Positions 48,596 to 61,795 of a stretch of 64,000 nucleotides of DNA are shown here, piece after piece. This stretch comes from Mobula hypostoma (lineage: Eukaryota). The DNA is taken from assembly GCF_963921235.1 (NCBI RefSeq), contig NC_086101.1, positions 5,148,001 to 5,212,000 of the forward strand, given 5' to 3'. The position numbers and the translations under genes were made by a program. Numbering within the stretch: position 1 is the first letter of the stretch; every line of letters begins with the position of its first letter. The notes below the pieces were generated by a model, which was not told the origin of the DNA, did not search any database, and saw nothing but the letters and a program-made list of their open reading frames with translations.

Positions 48596-49642
48596 ATCTA
48601 ATTCTAAGGCATAGTTTTAGAATAAGGAGTCCTCTATTTCTTGTGCAGCTGAGGGGTAATTTTATCTTTCAAAGATGATTTATTGAAAACACTGAAAGCC
48701 AATTTCTTGGCTCTCACAGCCCAGCATTATGATGAAGAGGCAGATAAGCGGTACTGGGGTACTAAACAAATACTTTACATTGGTATCATCAAGGAGAAGG
48801 ATAGGGAGGACAGTGAGTTCAGAAAGGGGCGTGTTACTATGGAGAATGAGAAGGTGTTTGATCTTCAGGAAGGGTACTGATTATGGATGATCAGCCATGA
48901 TCACAGTGAATGGTGGTGCTGGCTCGAAGGGCTGAATGGCCTACTCCTGCACCTATTGTCTATTGTCTATTGACTTTCAGGAGCATAAGTGCCCAGGGCC
49001 AGATGGGATTATTGAGAGAGGCAAGAGAGGAGGAGACTGTTGGGTTCTTGTTGGAAATCTCTGTTTCCATGCTAGCCATAGGCAAGGATGGGTCCGGGGT
49101 GGGGGTGGGAGGGGGGGTTGTGTGGTGGGGAGGGGGGGAAGAGGAGTACAGCCAAAGTTGTTCAATTAATGAATGGCAGTAGAGACAAACCAGGCATTTT
49201 TCAGCTGGCGAGCCTTGTATCCATGGTAGGGAAACAAATAATAAACATCTTATTTATAGTGTACTTTTCATACAGATGATGTAGTTCCAAGTGCTTTGAG
49301 GCCCCCCATTCATCAGGGTCGACCATGGATATTGTGTCCTAGCTGTCTACATGTTGCACACGCCAGGACAGTACGATTTGAAGAGCAAGTTGTTGCCCAC
49401 GTGGCAGGCTTGTCCTCTCCACACAGCTGATGCATCCAACGGAACTGCAGAGACTGATACGGTTTGGCACCAGTGGCATCACGGTAGTTGCCGTTCAGCA
49501 TTGAACTCAACAAAGGGACTTCAGCTCTGGATTTTTCCTCGGGGGTTTAATCCCAAAGCTTTCCTCATGAGTGGGTACAGCCGCAAGGCAGCGGAGGTTT
49601 GAGATCAGAGTTTTCCTTCTAGATGAGCTGCCAACCACGGCT

Positions 49643-50250
49643 GTCCTCGCCACATTCTACAGAGGATGTATTGAGAGCATCCTGAGCAGCTGCATCACTG
49701 CCTGGTTGGGAAATTGCACCATCTCGGATCGCAAGACCCTGCAGCGGATAGTGAGGTCAGCTGAGAAGATCATTGGGGTCTCTCTTCCCGCCATCACAGA
49801 CATTTACACCACACGCTGCATCCGTAAAGCAAACAGCATTATGAAGGACCCCACACACCCCTCATACAAACTCTTCTCCCTCCTGCCATCTGGCAAAAGG
49901 TACCAAAGCATTCGGGCTCTCACGACCAGACTATGTAACAGTTTCTTCCCCCAAGCCATCAGAGTCCTCAATTCCCAGAGCCTGGACTGACACCAACCTA
50001 CTGTACCCTCTACTGTGCCTACTGTCTTGATTTTTATTGTAATGCCTGCACTGTTTTGAGCACTTTATGCAGTCCTGTGTAGGTCTGTAGTCTAGTGTAG
50101 TTTTTGTGTTGTTTTACGTAGTTCAGTGTAGATTTTGTATTGTTTCATGTAGCACCATGGTCCTGGAAAACATTGCCTCATTTTTACTGTGTACTGTACC
50201 AGCAGTTATGGTTGAAATGACAATTTTAAAAGTGACTTGACTTGATTTGA
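49643..50250 (+). mobile_element. Rex/Babar-type 3' fragment
   Basis: FYRGCIESILSSCITAWLGNC...DPTHPSYKLFSLLPSGKRY; (GACTT)n tail. Confidence 0.85.
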
Positions 50251-50730
50251 ATTGACAAGCCCCATCTGCCCGATCAAAGTGCTTTACAATGGGATAAAAT
50301 GCAAATGTGAAAATAAAAGACAAAAAGTTATTAGTTAAAAGTAAGGTTAAGTAAATAGGTTTTGTGTTGGTCCTTAAAAATGTCAACTGAGTTTTTAGAT
50401 ATTGAATTCCACAGTTTAGGAATATAGTTCAAAAAAAGCTTTAAAATCCTATTGGTGAAGACTGTTGGTACAATTTGTAAAAGTGTAGTTGGCATAGCTC
50501 AGTGTGGGGCCCGTCATACCTCACAAACTGGATGGAGGATTTTTGTAGAGGGTGCAGATAAGGCAGTGTTTGTTGTATACATGGATTACTCCTTACAAAA
50601 GGAGTTCTGTCACTGTGCAACCTTCCTTTCGTGTTTTCATTGTCAATGAAGTATTTTCAATGTGATACCATGCAAAAATGGAAGAACTGGTGTGATTTAT
50701 CAAATATTTGAACTGCAGGTAGCAACAATA

Positions 50731-50911
50731 ATGAGTGGGCGACCTCGCGGAACAGCCAAGCGGAGGGGCGCAGCACCCAAGCGAAGATCACCGCTGAGAT
50801 TATCGCCGGCAAGGCCACCACAAAGGTTGCCGAGGTCTCCCAGAAGGTCACCAAGGGCAGAACAAGAGAGTCCCCGTGGGAGACCGTCCATTAGCCCCAG
50901 AGCCCCACAAA
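50731..50911 (+). CDS. CENPA: CENP-A first coding exon (N-terminal tail)
   Basis: Acceptor ctgcag at 50718, ATG with A at -3, donor gtaaga, phase 1. Encodes MSGRPRGTAKRRGAAPKRRSPLRLSPARPPQRLPRSPRRSPRAEQESPRGRPSISPRAPQ and joins in frame to the next exon. Confidence 0.85.
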
Positions 50912-51859
50912 GTAAGACAGTTTCACTCCTGTTGTTCGCTTTCGTCTGTCTCAAATAAGGGACAAATAATGTAGACAGTCAAAAGAGAACATCTTCCTTT
51001 CTCCATGAGGTGACAGTCAATGCTATTTCCAAATAAAATTTATTGGGAGCACACTGTTACTATTTAAATAAAAGAATAGAAAATTGAACTTCAACAGTAC
51101 AAATTAGTTCACATTATTTTTGTCCTTCAGAACCTGCAAGTAGGACATAGAACAGTGCAGTGGGCCACAACGTTGTGTCAACCAAATCTACAGCAATGTC
51201 AATCGAACCCTTCTCGTCGCATTTTTCTTTCATCCATGTGCCTATCTCTTAAATGTCTCTGATGTATGTCTCTTAGGTACAGAGGAGATGACAGGGGTAA
51301 GTTTTTTACACAGAGAGTGGTGAGTGTGTGGAATGGGCTGCCGGCGGCAGTGGTGGAGGCGGATACGATAGGGTCTTTTAAGAGACTCCTGGATGGGTAC
51401 ATGGAGCTTAGAAAAATAGAGGGCTATGGGTAAGCCTAGGTAGTTCTAAGGTAAGGACATGTTCGGCACAGCTTTGTCGGCTGAAGGGCCTGTGTTGTGC
51501 TGTAGGTTTTCTATGTTTCTATGTATCAGCCTCTATCACCATTCTTTGCAGGAAGTTCCACGCACTCACCACTTTCTGTATAAGGAACTTGCTTTTGACA
51601 TTCCCCTCCCCCTGCCCCCCCAATACTTTCCTCCAAACACCTTACAATTATTCCCTTCTTTTAGCCATTTCCATCTTGGGGAAAAAGTCCAGCCCATCGC
51701 CCCCTGGGCTTTGTTGACTTCCCTGTTTTTCCTGTGTCTCAATGCCCTGAGGCTGTTCTTCAGTTGAGTGTTCTGCACAAGCAATCTACGTGGCTGATGG
51801 CTAAGCAACACATACTAGGGGTGATTGAAGGAGGATTTCTGGGGTGAGTCCAGGTAAAG

Positions 51860-54800
51860 CCACACTACCTCAAATTTGGAACCGGACTGATCGGGGTTGG
51901 TTGCAGGGATTGGTGAGGGATATGGCGGAGGGATAGGAGTCGGAGTGATAGGGCTAAGGAAGGGGAAAGCAGAAATAAATCAAAGTTAGCATGCAACAGA
52001 GATGATAGGGACAGGCAGGAGATGGGGCAGAATCACAGCCAGTGGGATGAGTTACAGGGCAATAGAGGCGTGGTACCGTTAAAACAGAAAGCAACAAATA
52101 CTGGACTGAAAGTGTTGTATTTCAATGCATGCAGCATAAAAAATGAATGGACGATCTTGAAATTCAGCTACAGATTGGCAAGTATGACATTGTGGCCGTC
52201 TCTGAAACTTGGCTAAAGGATGGCTGCCATTGGGAGCTGAACGTCCAAGGATATACAGTGTATCAGAAAGATAGGCTAGAAGGCAGTGGGGGTGGTGTGG
52301 CTCTGTGTATAAGAAATAATATTAAATCATTGGAAATAGATGACATTGGATTGGAAGGTGTATGGTCTCTATGGGTTGAGTTAAGAAATGGCAAGGGTAA
52401 AAGGACCCTTATGGCAGTTGTATACAGGCCTCCAAACAGCAGCCAGGATGTGGATTACAAATTACAGCAGGAGATAGAAAAGAGGTGTCAGAAGGGCAAT
52501 GTCATGATAACTATGGGGGATTTTAACATGAAAGTGGATTGGGAAAACCAGGCCAGTACTGGACCTCAAGAGAGAGAATTTGTAGAATGTCTAAGGGATG
52601 GCTTTTTAGAACAGTTTGTTGTTGAGCCCACTAAGGGATTGGCTGTGCTGGACTGCGTGTTGTGCAATGATCCAGAGGTGATAAGAGAGCTTAAGGTTAA
52701 GGAACCCTTAGGGAACACTGATCACAATATGATCAAGTTCACTTTGAAATTTGAGAAGGAGAAACTTTATTTCAGTGGAATAAAGGAAATTACAATGGGT
52801 TGAGAGGGGAACTGGTCAAGGTTGACTGGAAAGGGAAAGCAGAGCAGCAATGGCTGGAGTTTCTGCGAAAAATGAGGGAAGTGCAAGACAGATATATTCC
52901 AAATAAGAAGAAATTTGGAATGGAAGAAGGACACTACTGTGGCTGACAAGTGAAGTCAGAGCCAAAGTAAAAGCAAAAGAGATAGCATACAAGGATGCCA
53001 AAGCCAGTGGGAAGATGGAGGATTGGGAAGCTTATAAAAACTTGCAGAAGGAAACTAAGAAGGTCATTAGGAAGGAAAAGATGAATTATGAAAGAAAGCT
53101 GACGACTAATATCAAAGAAGATACTAAAAGCTTTTTTAAGTATATAAAGGGTGAAAGGGAGTTGTGGGTAGATACAGGACCAATAGAAAATGACGCTGGA
53201 GATATTGTAATGAGAGAAGCAGAGATGGCAGAGGAACTGAATGTGTATTTTGCATCAGTCTTCACAGTGGAAGACATCTGCAGTGTACCGGACATTCAAG
53301 AGTGTCAGGGAGATGAAGTATGTGCAGTGAAAATTACTACTGAGAAGGTGCTCAGGAAGCTTAACGGTCTGAGGGTGGATAAATCTCCTGGACCTGATGG
53401 AATGCACCCTCGGGTTCTGAAGGAAGTAACTGGAGAGATTGCGGAGGTATTAACAATGATCTTTCAAGAATCAATAGATTTTGGCATTGTACCGGATGAC
53501 TGGAAAATTGCAAATGTTACTCCGCTATTTAAGAAGGGTGGGAGGCAGCAGAAAGGAAACTATAGACCTGTTAGCCTGACATCAGTGGTTGGAAAGTTGC
53601 TGGAATCGATTGTTAGGGATGAGATTACGGAGTACCTGGAGGTACATGACAAGATAGGCCAAAGCCAGCATGGTTTCCTGAAAGGAAAATCCTGCCTGAC
53701 TAACCTACTGCAATTTTTAGAAGAAATTACAAGCAGGGTAGACAAAGGAGATGTAGTAGTTGTGGTGTATTTGGATTTTCAGAAGGCCTTTGACAAGGTG
53801 CTGCACATTAGGCTGCTTACAGGTGAGTTACTAGCATGGGTGGAGCATTGGCTGATTGGCAGAAAGCAGAGTGGGAATAAAGGGAAACACGAGGAATTCT
53901 GCATAAGAAATTACAGATGGGGAGCAGTGAGAGATGGTTTCACTGAACTCCCGTCGAAGAGAAGATTTAAACCTTCAGTGTAGGAAGAAATTACAGATGG
54001 GGAGCTGTTCTGGCTGGTTGCCGGTTATCAGTGGAGTTCCACAGGGGTCTATGTTGGGACCACAGCTTTTTACGATGTATGTCAATGATTTGGACTATAG
54101 TATTAATGGCTTTGTGGCTAAGTTTGCCGATGATACTGAGATAGGTGGAGGAGTGGGTAGTGTTGAGGAAACAGAGAGCCTGCAGAGAGACTTAGATAGT
54201 TTAGGGGAATGGGCAAAGGAGTGGCAAATGAAATACAATGTTGGAAAGTGTATGGTCATGCTCTTTGGTGGAAGAAATAAATGGGCAGACTATTATTTAG
54301 ATGTAGAGAGAATTCAAAATGCAGAGATGCAAAGGGACTTGGGAGTCCTTGTGCAGGATACCCTAAAGTTTAACCTCTAGGTTGAGTTGGTGGTGAAGAA
54401 GGTGAATGCAATGTTGACATTCATTTCTAGAGGTATAGAATACAAGAGCAGGGATGTGATGTTGAGGCTCTATAAGGCACTCATGAGACCACACTTGGAG
54501 TATTGTGTGCAGTTTTGTGCTCCTTATTTTAGAAAGGATATACTGACATTGGAGGCGGTTCACGAGAATGATTCCAGTAATGAAAGGGTTACCATATGAG
54601 GAACGCCTGGCAACTCTTGGGTTGTATTCCCTGGAGTTCAGGAGAATGAGGGGGGTGATCTCATAGAAACATTCAGAATGTTAAAAGACCTGAACAGATT
54701 AGATATGGCAAAGTTATTTCCCATGGTAGGGGAGTCCAGGACAAGAGGGCACGACTTCAGGATTGAAGGACGTCCATTTAGAACAGAGATGTGGAGAAAT

Positions 54801-55025
54801 TACTTTAATCAGAGGGTGGTAAATCCGTGGAATTTGTTGCCATGAGTGGCTGTGGAGGCCAAGTCATTGGGTGCGTTTAAGGCAGAAGTAGATAGGTTCT
54901 TGATTAGCCAGGGCATCAAAGGGTATGGGGAGAAGGCAGGGGAGTGGAGATGACTGGAAGGATTGGATCAGCCCATGATTGATTGCTGGAGCAGACTCGA
55001 TGGGCCGAATAGCCTACTTCTGCTC
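51860..55025 (+). mobile_element. Near full-length CR1 ORF2 (APE endonuclease + RT), frameshifted
   Basis: YFNACSI...VAVSETWL...VVYRPP...MGDFN...TDHNMI; KSPGPDGMHP...NYRPVSLTSVVGKLLE...QHGF...YLDFQKAFD...GVPQGS...KFADDT; 3' UTR to ~55020. Confidence 0.95.
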
Positions 55026-56104
55026 CTATATCTTATGGTCTTGTATTTGGGAAAAAGGTGCTGGCTGTCCAATCTATAAATGCCTATTAATTATCTTGTA
55101 TATCCCTACCAACGGCTTGCTCAATCTATCCTGTAGTCCAGGCACATTCCTGGTAAATATTGTTGGTATCCTTTCTGATGAGGTGACCAGAATTGAACAA
55201 AATACTCCAAGTATGGTATAACCAGCACTTTCTCGAGCTGCTTTGTGACTCTTAACCTCAGTCCCTCAATGAATGAAGATCAACACACTACTTCAACTTG
55301 TACACCCTATCAACTTGCACAGCAACTTTGAGGGATCTATGCATGTGGACCCTGAGATAACTCTGTTCCTCTACACTACTAAGAATCTTGTTCTCAACCT
55401 TGTATTCTGCCTTCAAATTCAACCTTCCAAGTGAATCACTTCACACTTTTCCAGATTAAACACCATCTAGCCACTTCTCAGCCCAGTTCTGTGTCCTGTC
55501 GATGTCCCGTTGTAACTTACGACAACCTTCAGGAAGTATCCTGGTAAATCTTCTCTGCACCCTCACTAAAGATTCCATATCCTTCCTATCATGAAGTGAC
55601 AAGAGCTGAACACGACTTTCCTAATGTGGTCTAACCAAAGTGTAATGCTCTCATTGTGCTCGTAAGCCAACTTGGCTCGTTAGCGAGCTCTGCTAACAGC
55701 CACGAGACTCACAAACAATATACATCTCGAGTCCGTATAATTTTGGGTTCAAAATTGCAACATCATGGTGAAAAAAACCTTGATTAAATTTAAATTAAAA
55801 AGAAAGTATATGTACCAATCTCAGGGAAGAGAAAAGAAAATACTAAAAGGGCCCATTACAGTTAAAGCTGTCCAATGTGTCTATGAAGTTGGAGCTCATC
55901 ATGGAGTTGTCATTTACTCGCATGCTGGACTATCATCTTCATGGAAGCACACACTGATCAAAATCCACCTGGAACAAACGGGCTCTCTCAGGAGTACTGG
56001 CCCTTCCCCCTTGGAGCCATTCATCTGCACAAGACACAATGAGCTGTTTGGTCTTGCTGATGTTGAGTGCAAGATTGTTGCTGCAATACTACTCAACTAT
56101 ACGA

Positions 56105-57030
56105 ATCATAAGACTCAGGAGCAGAATGAGGCCATTCAGCCCATCAAGACTGCTCTGCCATTCCATCATGGCTGATTCCGGATCCCACCCAACTGCATTC
56201 ACTTGCCTTCTTGCCATATTCTTTGATGCCCTGACCGATCAGTAAACTATCAAATTCTGCCTTAAATATACCCACGGACTTGGCCTCCACTGCAGTCTGT
56301 GGCAGAGCATTCCAAAGATTTATTATTCTCTGGCTTAAAAAAAAAACCCTCCTTACCTCTGCTCTAAGGTTGCCCCTCAATTTTGAGACTGTGCCCTCTA
56401 GTTCTGGATACCTCCACCATCAGAGGAAACATCCTCTCTACATCCATCCCATTTGGTTCTTTCAACATTCAGAAGGTTTCAATGAGATTCCCCTGCATTC
56501 TTCTAAATTCCAGTGAGTACAGGCCTAAAGCTGCCAGATGCTCTTCATATGTTAACCCCTTCATTCCTGGAATCATCCTCCGAACTCTCTCCAATGACAA
56601 CACATCCCTTCTGAGATATGGGGCCCTAAACTGTTGTCAAAAAGGCTCAGCATTATCTCCTTGCTTTTGTATTCTATTCCCCTTGAAATAAATGCCAACA
56701 TTGCATTTGCCTTCTTTACCACAGACTCAACCTGTAATTTAAACTTCTGGGAGTCTTGCACAAGGATTCCTAAGTCTCCCTGCACCTCTAATGTTTGAAT
56801 TTTCTCCCCATTCAGATAATAGATTGCACTATTGTTCCTTTTACAGAAATGCATCATCATATATTTCCTAACACTGTATTCCATCTGCCACTTTTTTTGC
56901 ATATTTTTCCAATTTGTCTAAGTCCTGTTACAATCGCATCACTTCCTCAGCACTACCTGCCCCTTCACCTATCTTCGTATCATCCACAAACTTTGCCACA
57001 AAGCCCTCAATTCCATTATCAAAATCATTG
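56105..57030 (-). mobile_element. CR1 3' fragment
   Basis: ORFs 56573..56902 and 56144..56380 on the minus strand. Confidence 0.85.
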
Positions 57031-57792
57031 ACAAGTACTTCGTGCAACAGGGACTTGCCTTCCAATGGCATTCTGCGGCATCTTACCTTCTGTCCCTTTC
57101 GCAGCTCCCATCAAAAGCCCCAAACCCAGAGCACTGTCCATCACAAATCTCTCTCCACCCTGTCCTCTCTAGAACTTTCTCCCAATTCCACCAATCTGAT
57201 TGGAAGTCCTTCTGAAACATCGACTGTACTCTTTTCCATGGATGCTGCCCGGCCTGCTGAGTTACTCCAGCATTTTGTGTGTGTTGTTGTGTTAACCATT
57301 TGGGCTGATGAATGGCGATTCAAAAAAGTGTTTTTTTGATAGTTTTATTTTTTATTTTGACTTTTAAAAGTTTCAGAACCTTGCTAAGATGCCACGAAAA
57401 AAATGACACTACTGGAAAAAGTTGCTCTATGGGACCAAACAGAAAGTCATTCACTTATATATTGACAGATGGCAACAGTATTTCATGCAGGAAGGCAATG
57501 AAGCCAGTCCATTATCTTTACTGATTTTCTTCATTTTCAATCAATCAAAAGAACACAGCAGCCTACACAGGATGAATTTCTCTGTCAATCATTTATTAAT
57601 TTGTTACTCAGTTAAATGATCTTCAGTCTTTTTATTCATTTTTAACCATTTCCATGAAACCAGCTAATTGGGATAGCTGCTTAATTGTGTTAAATTGTGC
57701 TGGTCCCAATGTGTCCCGATTAGCCAAAATGAGTATTATCAAAATGCAGACTTGCTGTTGAACTCTGTAAAACTTGGATTGCCTGTTTGTAG

Positions 57793-57911
57793 GGCCGCGA
57801 CCAGCTGCCTCACGTCGGAGGTTCCGCCCGGGCACCAGGGCCTTGAAGGAGATACGCCAATATCAGAAATCAACAAATTTGTTGATAAGCAAGCTGCCAT
57901 TTAGCAGAGTG
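57793..57911 (+). CDS. CENPA: CENP-A exon (alpha-N helix and start of histone fold)
   Basis: tgtttgtag | 119 nt | gtgagt, phase 1-0: (R)[39 protein letters not shown]. Confidence 0.94.
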
Positions 57912-58949
57912 GTGAGTGGCAATAAGCTCTGATACTGACTGCTAACCGGAAAGGAAAGTGCTCTTTCCAGATTGATTTGTATTGTTGTCATCAGTATGGG
58001 CGAAGGGTTCAGCTCTGTTTGGTGTTGGGATTCAAGAGTTTCTAAAGTAATTTCTAGTACACAAGTGTAAAGGAAAACAAGGTAATTGTTACTTCAGATC
58101 TAATGCAATGCAAAAAAAAATCACAGTAAGATAAATACAATAATACTAACACAATCAATACAAATACATAAGATACTGTAGCTTACATACATAGATTGTA
58201 TGTCCATAAAGTGACACTAGGTACAGGAACTAAACATAATGTGACTTTGACAGGAAATGATAAAATACTGGTGGGGGTGTGAACACGTGGGTTAGTGGAT
58301 GGAAGTGTTGATGCTTGGGGAAAGTAACTGTTTTTGAATCCGCTGGTCCTGGCATGGATGCTACGTAACATTTTCCCAGATGGGAGTGGGACAAACAGTC
58401 CATGAGCAGGATGAGTGGGGTCCTTCATGATGTAACTGGCCCTTTTCCGGCACTTTTCTGTCTGTACTGTATTTCCTTGGTGGCAGGTTGGCTGGGACTG
58501 CTGATACATTGGGCAGTTTTGACTACCTGTTGTACTTGTATCACAATGTTATCATTTTCACCTGCCAAAGATTATCAGCTGTGGGAAGCACATTTGGGTT
58601 GTTCGAGAATTGGCAGTAAAACGGAACCCGTTCAAAAAAAAAAGTTGCTTGCCACGTTGTCAGGGACAATTAGGAGTGGGCAGTAGATGCTAGCTGTCAG
58701 CTTTCCTTGTGTTGGTCTTGCTGATAAAACAGACTACATCTGGGTTCTGGAAATTGGGCAGAAATTTGTACTTCATCAGTACAGACCAGATAGAGCCCTG
58801 TCTGAGTTTGGGTAGCATACTTTAAGAAGTAGTCCGATTTAGGAAAAAAAGGATTAAGATAATATGAGCAGTGACAAGTGGCTTCAGGGATGAGAGAATC
58901 GTACTTTGTACCAGAGGCCCCTCCAATCTGATTGTTTTCTGTGATTTCT

Positions 58950-59176
58950 GTGGTGGGTGGTCGTATGAACAGCTAGTACATTTCAGAAGTCCTGGTTATG
59001 TGACCATTGACGCCAGGCTCTGGAGCATCCATAATGGCTGCGGTTACCTGTCTTGTAAAGACGCTGCCCAGAAGAAGGCGATGGCAAACCACTTCTGCAG
59101 AAAAATTTGCCAAGAACAATCATGGTCATGACAGTGGAAGATAATGATCGTCGACGTCATATGATGGTGATGATGA
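58950..59176 (+). mobile_element. SINE-like element with BovB/RTE-type tail motif
   Basis: GAAGAAGGCGATGGCAAACCACTTCT motif and (ATG)n tail; partner copy at 10820-11060. Confidence 0.55.
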
Positions 59177-60369
59177 ATATGAAATATGAAAAATAAGTAA
59201 TAATAAGTAAAGATAGTGAGGTAGTGTTCATGAGTTTATGGACTGTTCAGAAGTCTGGTGGCATTGGGAAAGAAGCTGTTCCTGACACTGTGTGGGCATC
59301 TCAAGCTCCTGTACCAGCTCCCTCATTGTAGTAATGGGAAGAGGCTTTGTCATGGATGGTGATGGTCCTTAATGATGGATGCTGCCTTTTGAAGATGTCC
59401 TTGATGATAAGGAAGTTAGTGCCCATGAAAGAGCTTGCTGAGTTTCTAACTCTCTGCAGCTGTTTTCAATCCTCTGCATTGGTGTCTCCACATCAGAAGG
59501 TAATGCAGCCAGACAGAATGCTTTCCACAGTACATCTGTACAAGTTTACTAGTCTTTGGTGACATACCAAATCTACTGAAATTTCAAATGAATTCACTTC
59601 ATCTTCCTGAGGTTTACAGACAATTCCTTTGTCTTGCTGATGCTAAGTGCAGATTTGTTGATGCGGCACCACTCAGACAGCTGATTCATTTTGCTCCTGT
59701 ATGCCTCCTCGTCACCATCTGAAACTCTGGCGATAGCAGTTGTGACATTGCGCTGTGCCTAGCCACACTCTTGACTGTAGAGAGAGTAGAGCAGTGGGCT
59801 AAGCATGCACCTGTGTTGACTGTCAGTGAGGGGGAGAAGCTATTTTCTATCCACACTGACTGGTTTCCTGATGGAAGTCAAGGATCCAGTTGCAGAGGGA
59901 GGTTTTGGAGCTTGTTGATTAGAACTGATGTTGAACGTATTCTAATCTTGAACTCATCATATGTTCATCGCATCTTATTCTCCTTATCAATTCCCCTTGA
60001 ATCTTAACATTTATCTGCACGAGGGATAACTTATAGTGGTCAATTAGCCTATGAACTACATGTGTTTGGGATGTGGGAAGAGACTGGAGTACTAACATGC
60101 TTGAGTTGAACGCAGTCAGCGCAGAAGTCAGGACTGGACCCGGGTTGCGGTGCTGACTGGCTCGAACTGCTTCACAATTACCTCCCCATATTGCACGATG
60201 GAATGTCAACAATGGCAGAATCCATTTAGAGTAAAAACCGGAAAGATGGGAGACTTTGGAGATGATGAAATTTGGCAAAAGGCTGGTTCGGAGATTGGGG
60301 GCACAGTGGGTAGACCACTTGTTCAAATGGAAAACTTAAAGCTAAAGCAAACACATCAACAAGGAAGTG

Positions 60370-60965
60370 ATACGCAGATGAAATGCTGGAGGAAGTCAGC
60401 AGGTCGGACAGCATCTATAGAAATGGATAAACAGTTGAAGTTTCGGGCTGAGCCTCTTCATCAGGACTGGGGGGAAAAAAAATGTGAGAAGAAGCCGAAT
60501 AAGGAGTTACGGGGGGTGAAGGAGGATAAGCTAGAAGGTGATGGGTGAATCCAGTTTGATGAGGGAGGGGGGATGAAGTAAGAAGCTGGTAGGTGATGGT
60601 TGGGAAAAGTAAAGGGCTGGAGAGGAAGGAATCTGATGGGGGGAGAGTGGACCATGGGAGAAAGGGAAGGAGGAGGGGCACCAGGGGAGGTGATAGGCAG
60701 ATGAGTAGAAGAGGTAAGAGACCACAGTGGGGAATAGAAGAAAGGGAAGGGGAAAAAATTACTGTAAGGACAAATTGATGTTCATGCCATCAGGTTTGGG
60801 CTACTTAGATGGAATATAAGATGGTGTTCTTCGAAGCTGAAAGTGGCCTCAACGTGGCAGAAGAGGAGGCCATGGACTTGCATATTGGAATGGGAATGGG
60901 GATAGGAATTAAAATGTTTGGCCACTGGAAAATTCTGCCATTGGAGTGGAGATGCTCAACAAAGT
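60370..60965 (-). mobile_element. Penelope 3' fragment with hammerhead-like motif (60432-60469)
   Basis: Reverse complement reads CAGTC-CTGATGA-AGAGGCTCAGCCC-GAAA-CT-TC-AACTG; remainder homologous to 13450-14000. Confidence 0.8.
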
Positions 60966-61717
60966 TTCAACAGGAAAGTATTTCTGACGTACATGTTTTC
61001 TAGTATCATGAAAGAGTCATATTCTAAGAAAACATTCCATTAAACAAAATTTTGTGACTTGAAATTTGATTGTGGGTACTTTACATTTCTAAGGGCTACT
61101 GTAAGTGCATACTGTGTTCTTTTAAAACACAAAGATTTTTAACTCGAAGGCAGATATTCTGAACGCTCAATGGTATTGTGTTGACATTTCACCAATCAGA
61201 CATTTGTTAGTTGAGAAATGCCTATAGAAAAGCACAGAGGGACCTGGGCGGCACGATGGCATAACACTATCACAGCAGCAGCATCAAGAAGGTGGCCCCC
61301 ACCATTAACGACCCCCATTATCCTCTTCTCATTGCTACCATCAAGGAGGAGGTACACACACTCAATATTTCAAGAAGAGCTTCTTCCCCTCTGCCATCAG
61401 ATTTCAGAATGGACTATTAGTCCATGAACATTACCTCACTATTTTTTTTTTGTTTTTTGATCTCTCTTTGCACTACTTATTTAATTTAATTTTATACATA
61501 AATATATTTATTATTGTAATTTATTTTCTTATTCTCTATTGGAATGTAAAGTTGTTGCAAAACAACATTTCATGACATATACTGGTGATATTAAACCTGA
61601 TTCTGATGGGGTGACTAGAGTTAGCATGTACACTCAGTGAATAATGTGTCATTTTATTTAATTACAACAATAATTTAGATTTATTTGATATTTTGTTCTG
61701 GGGCTTTATCTTTCCAG

Positions 61718-61795
61718 GTTCGTGAGGTGGCTTCTCGGTTCACAAGAGGTGCCGATTTCAGATGGCAAGCAAACGCTTTGTTGGCACTGCAGGAG
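61718..61795 (+). CDS. CENPA: CENP-A exon (alpha1-loop1-alpha2, CATD region); gene continues beyond window
   Basis: ttatctttccag | 78 nt | gtaagg, phase 0-0: VREVASRFTRGADFRWQANALLALQE. FTRG.D..WQ..ALLALQE is CENP-A-like (extended loop 1; W where H3 has F). Confidence 0.95.

Noticed and set aside
53905..54005. CRISPR-like repeat-spacer-repeat
   Set aside because: Only two repeats, inside a vertebrate LINE, with no cas genes.
57793..61795. Canonical H3 or H3.3 gene
   Set aside because: No ARTKQTARKS tail; has PFSR instead of PFQR, W instead of F, and a longer loop 1, all CENP-A features.
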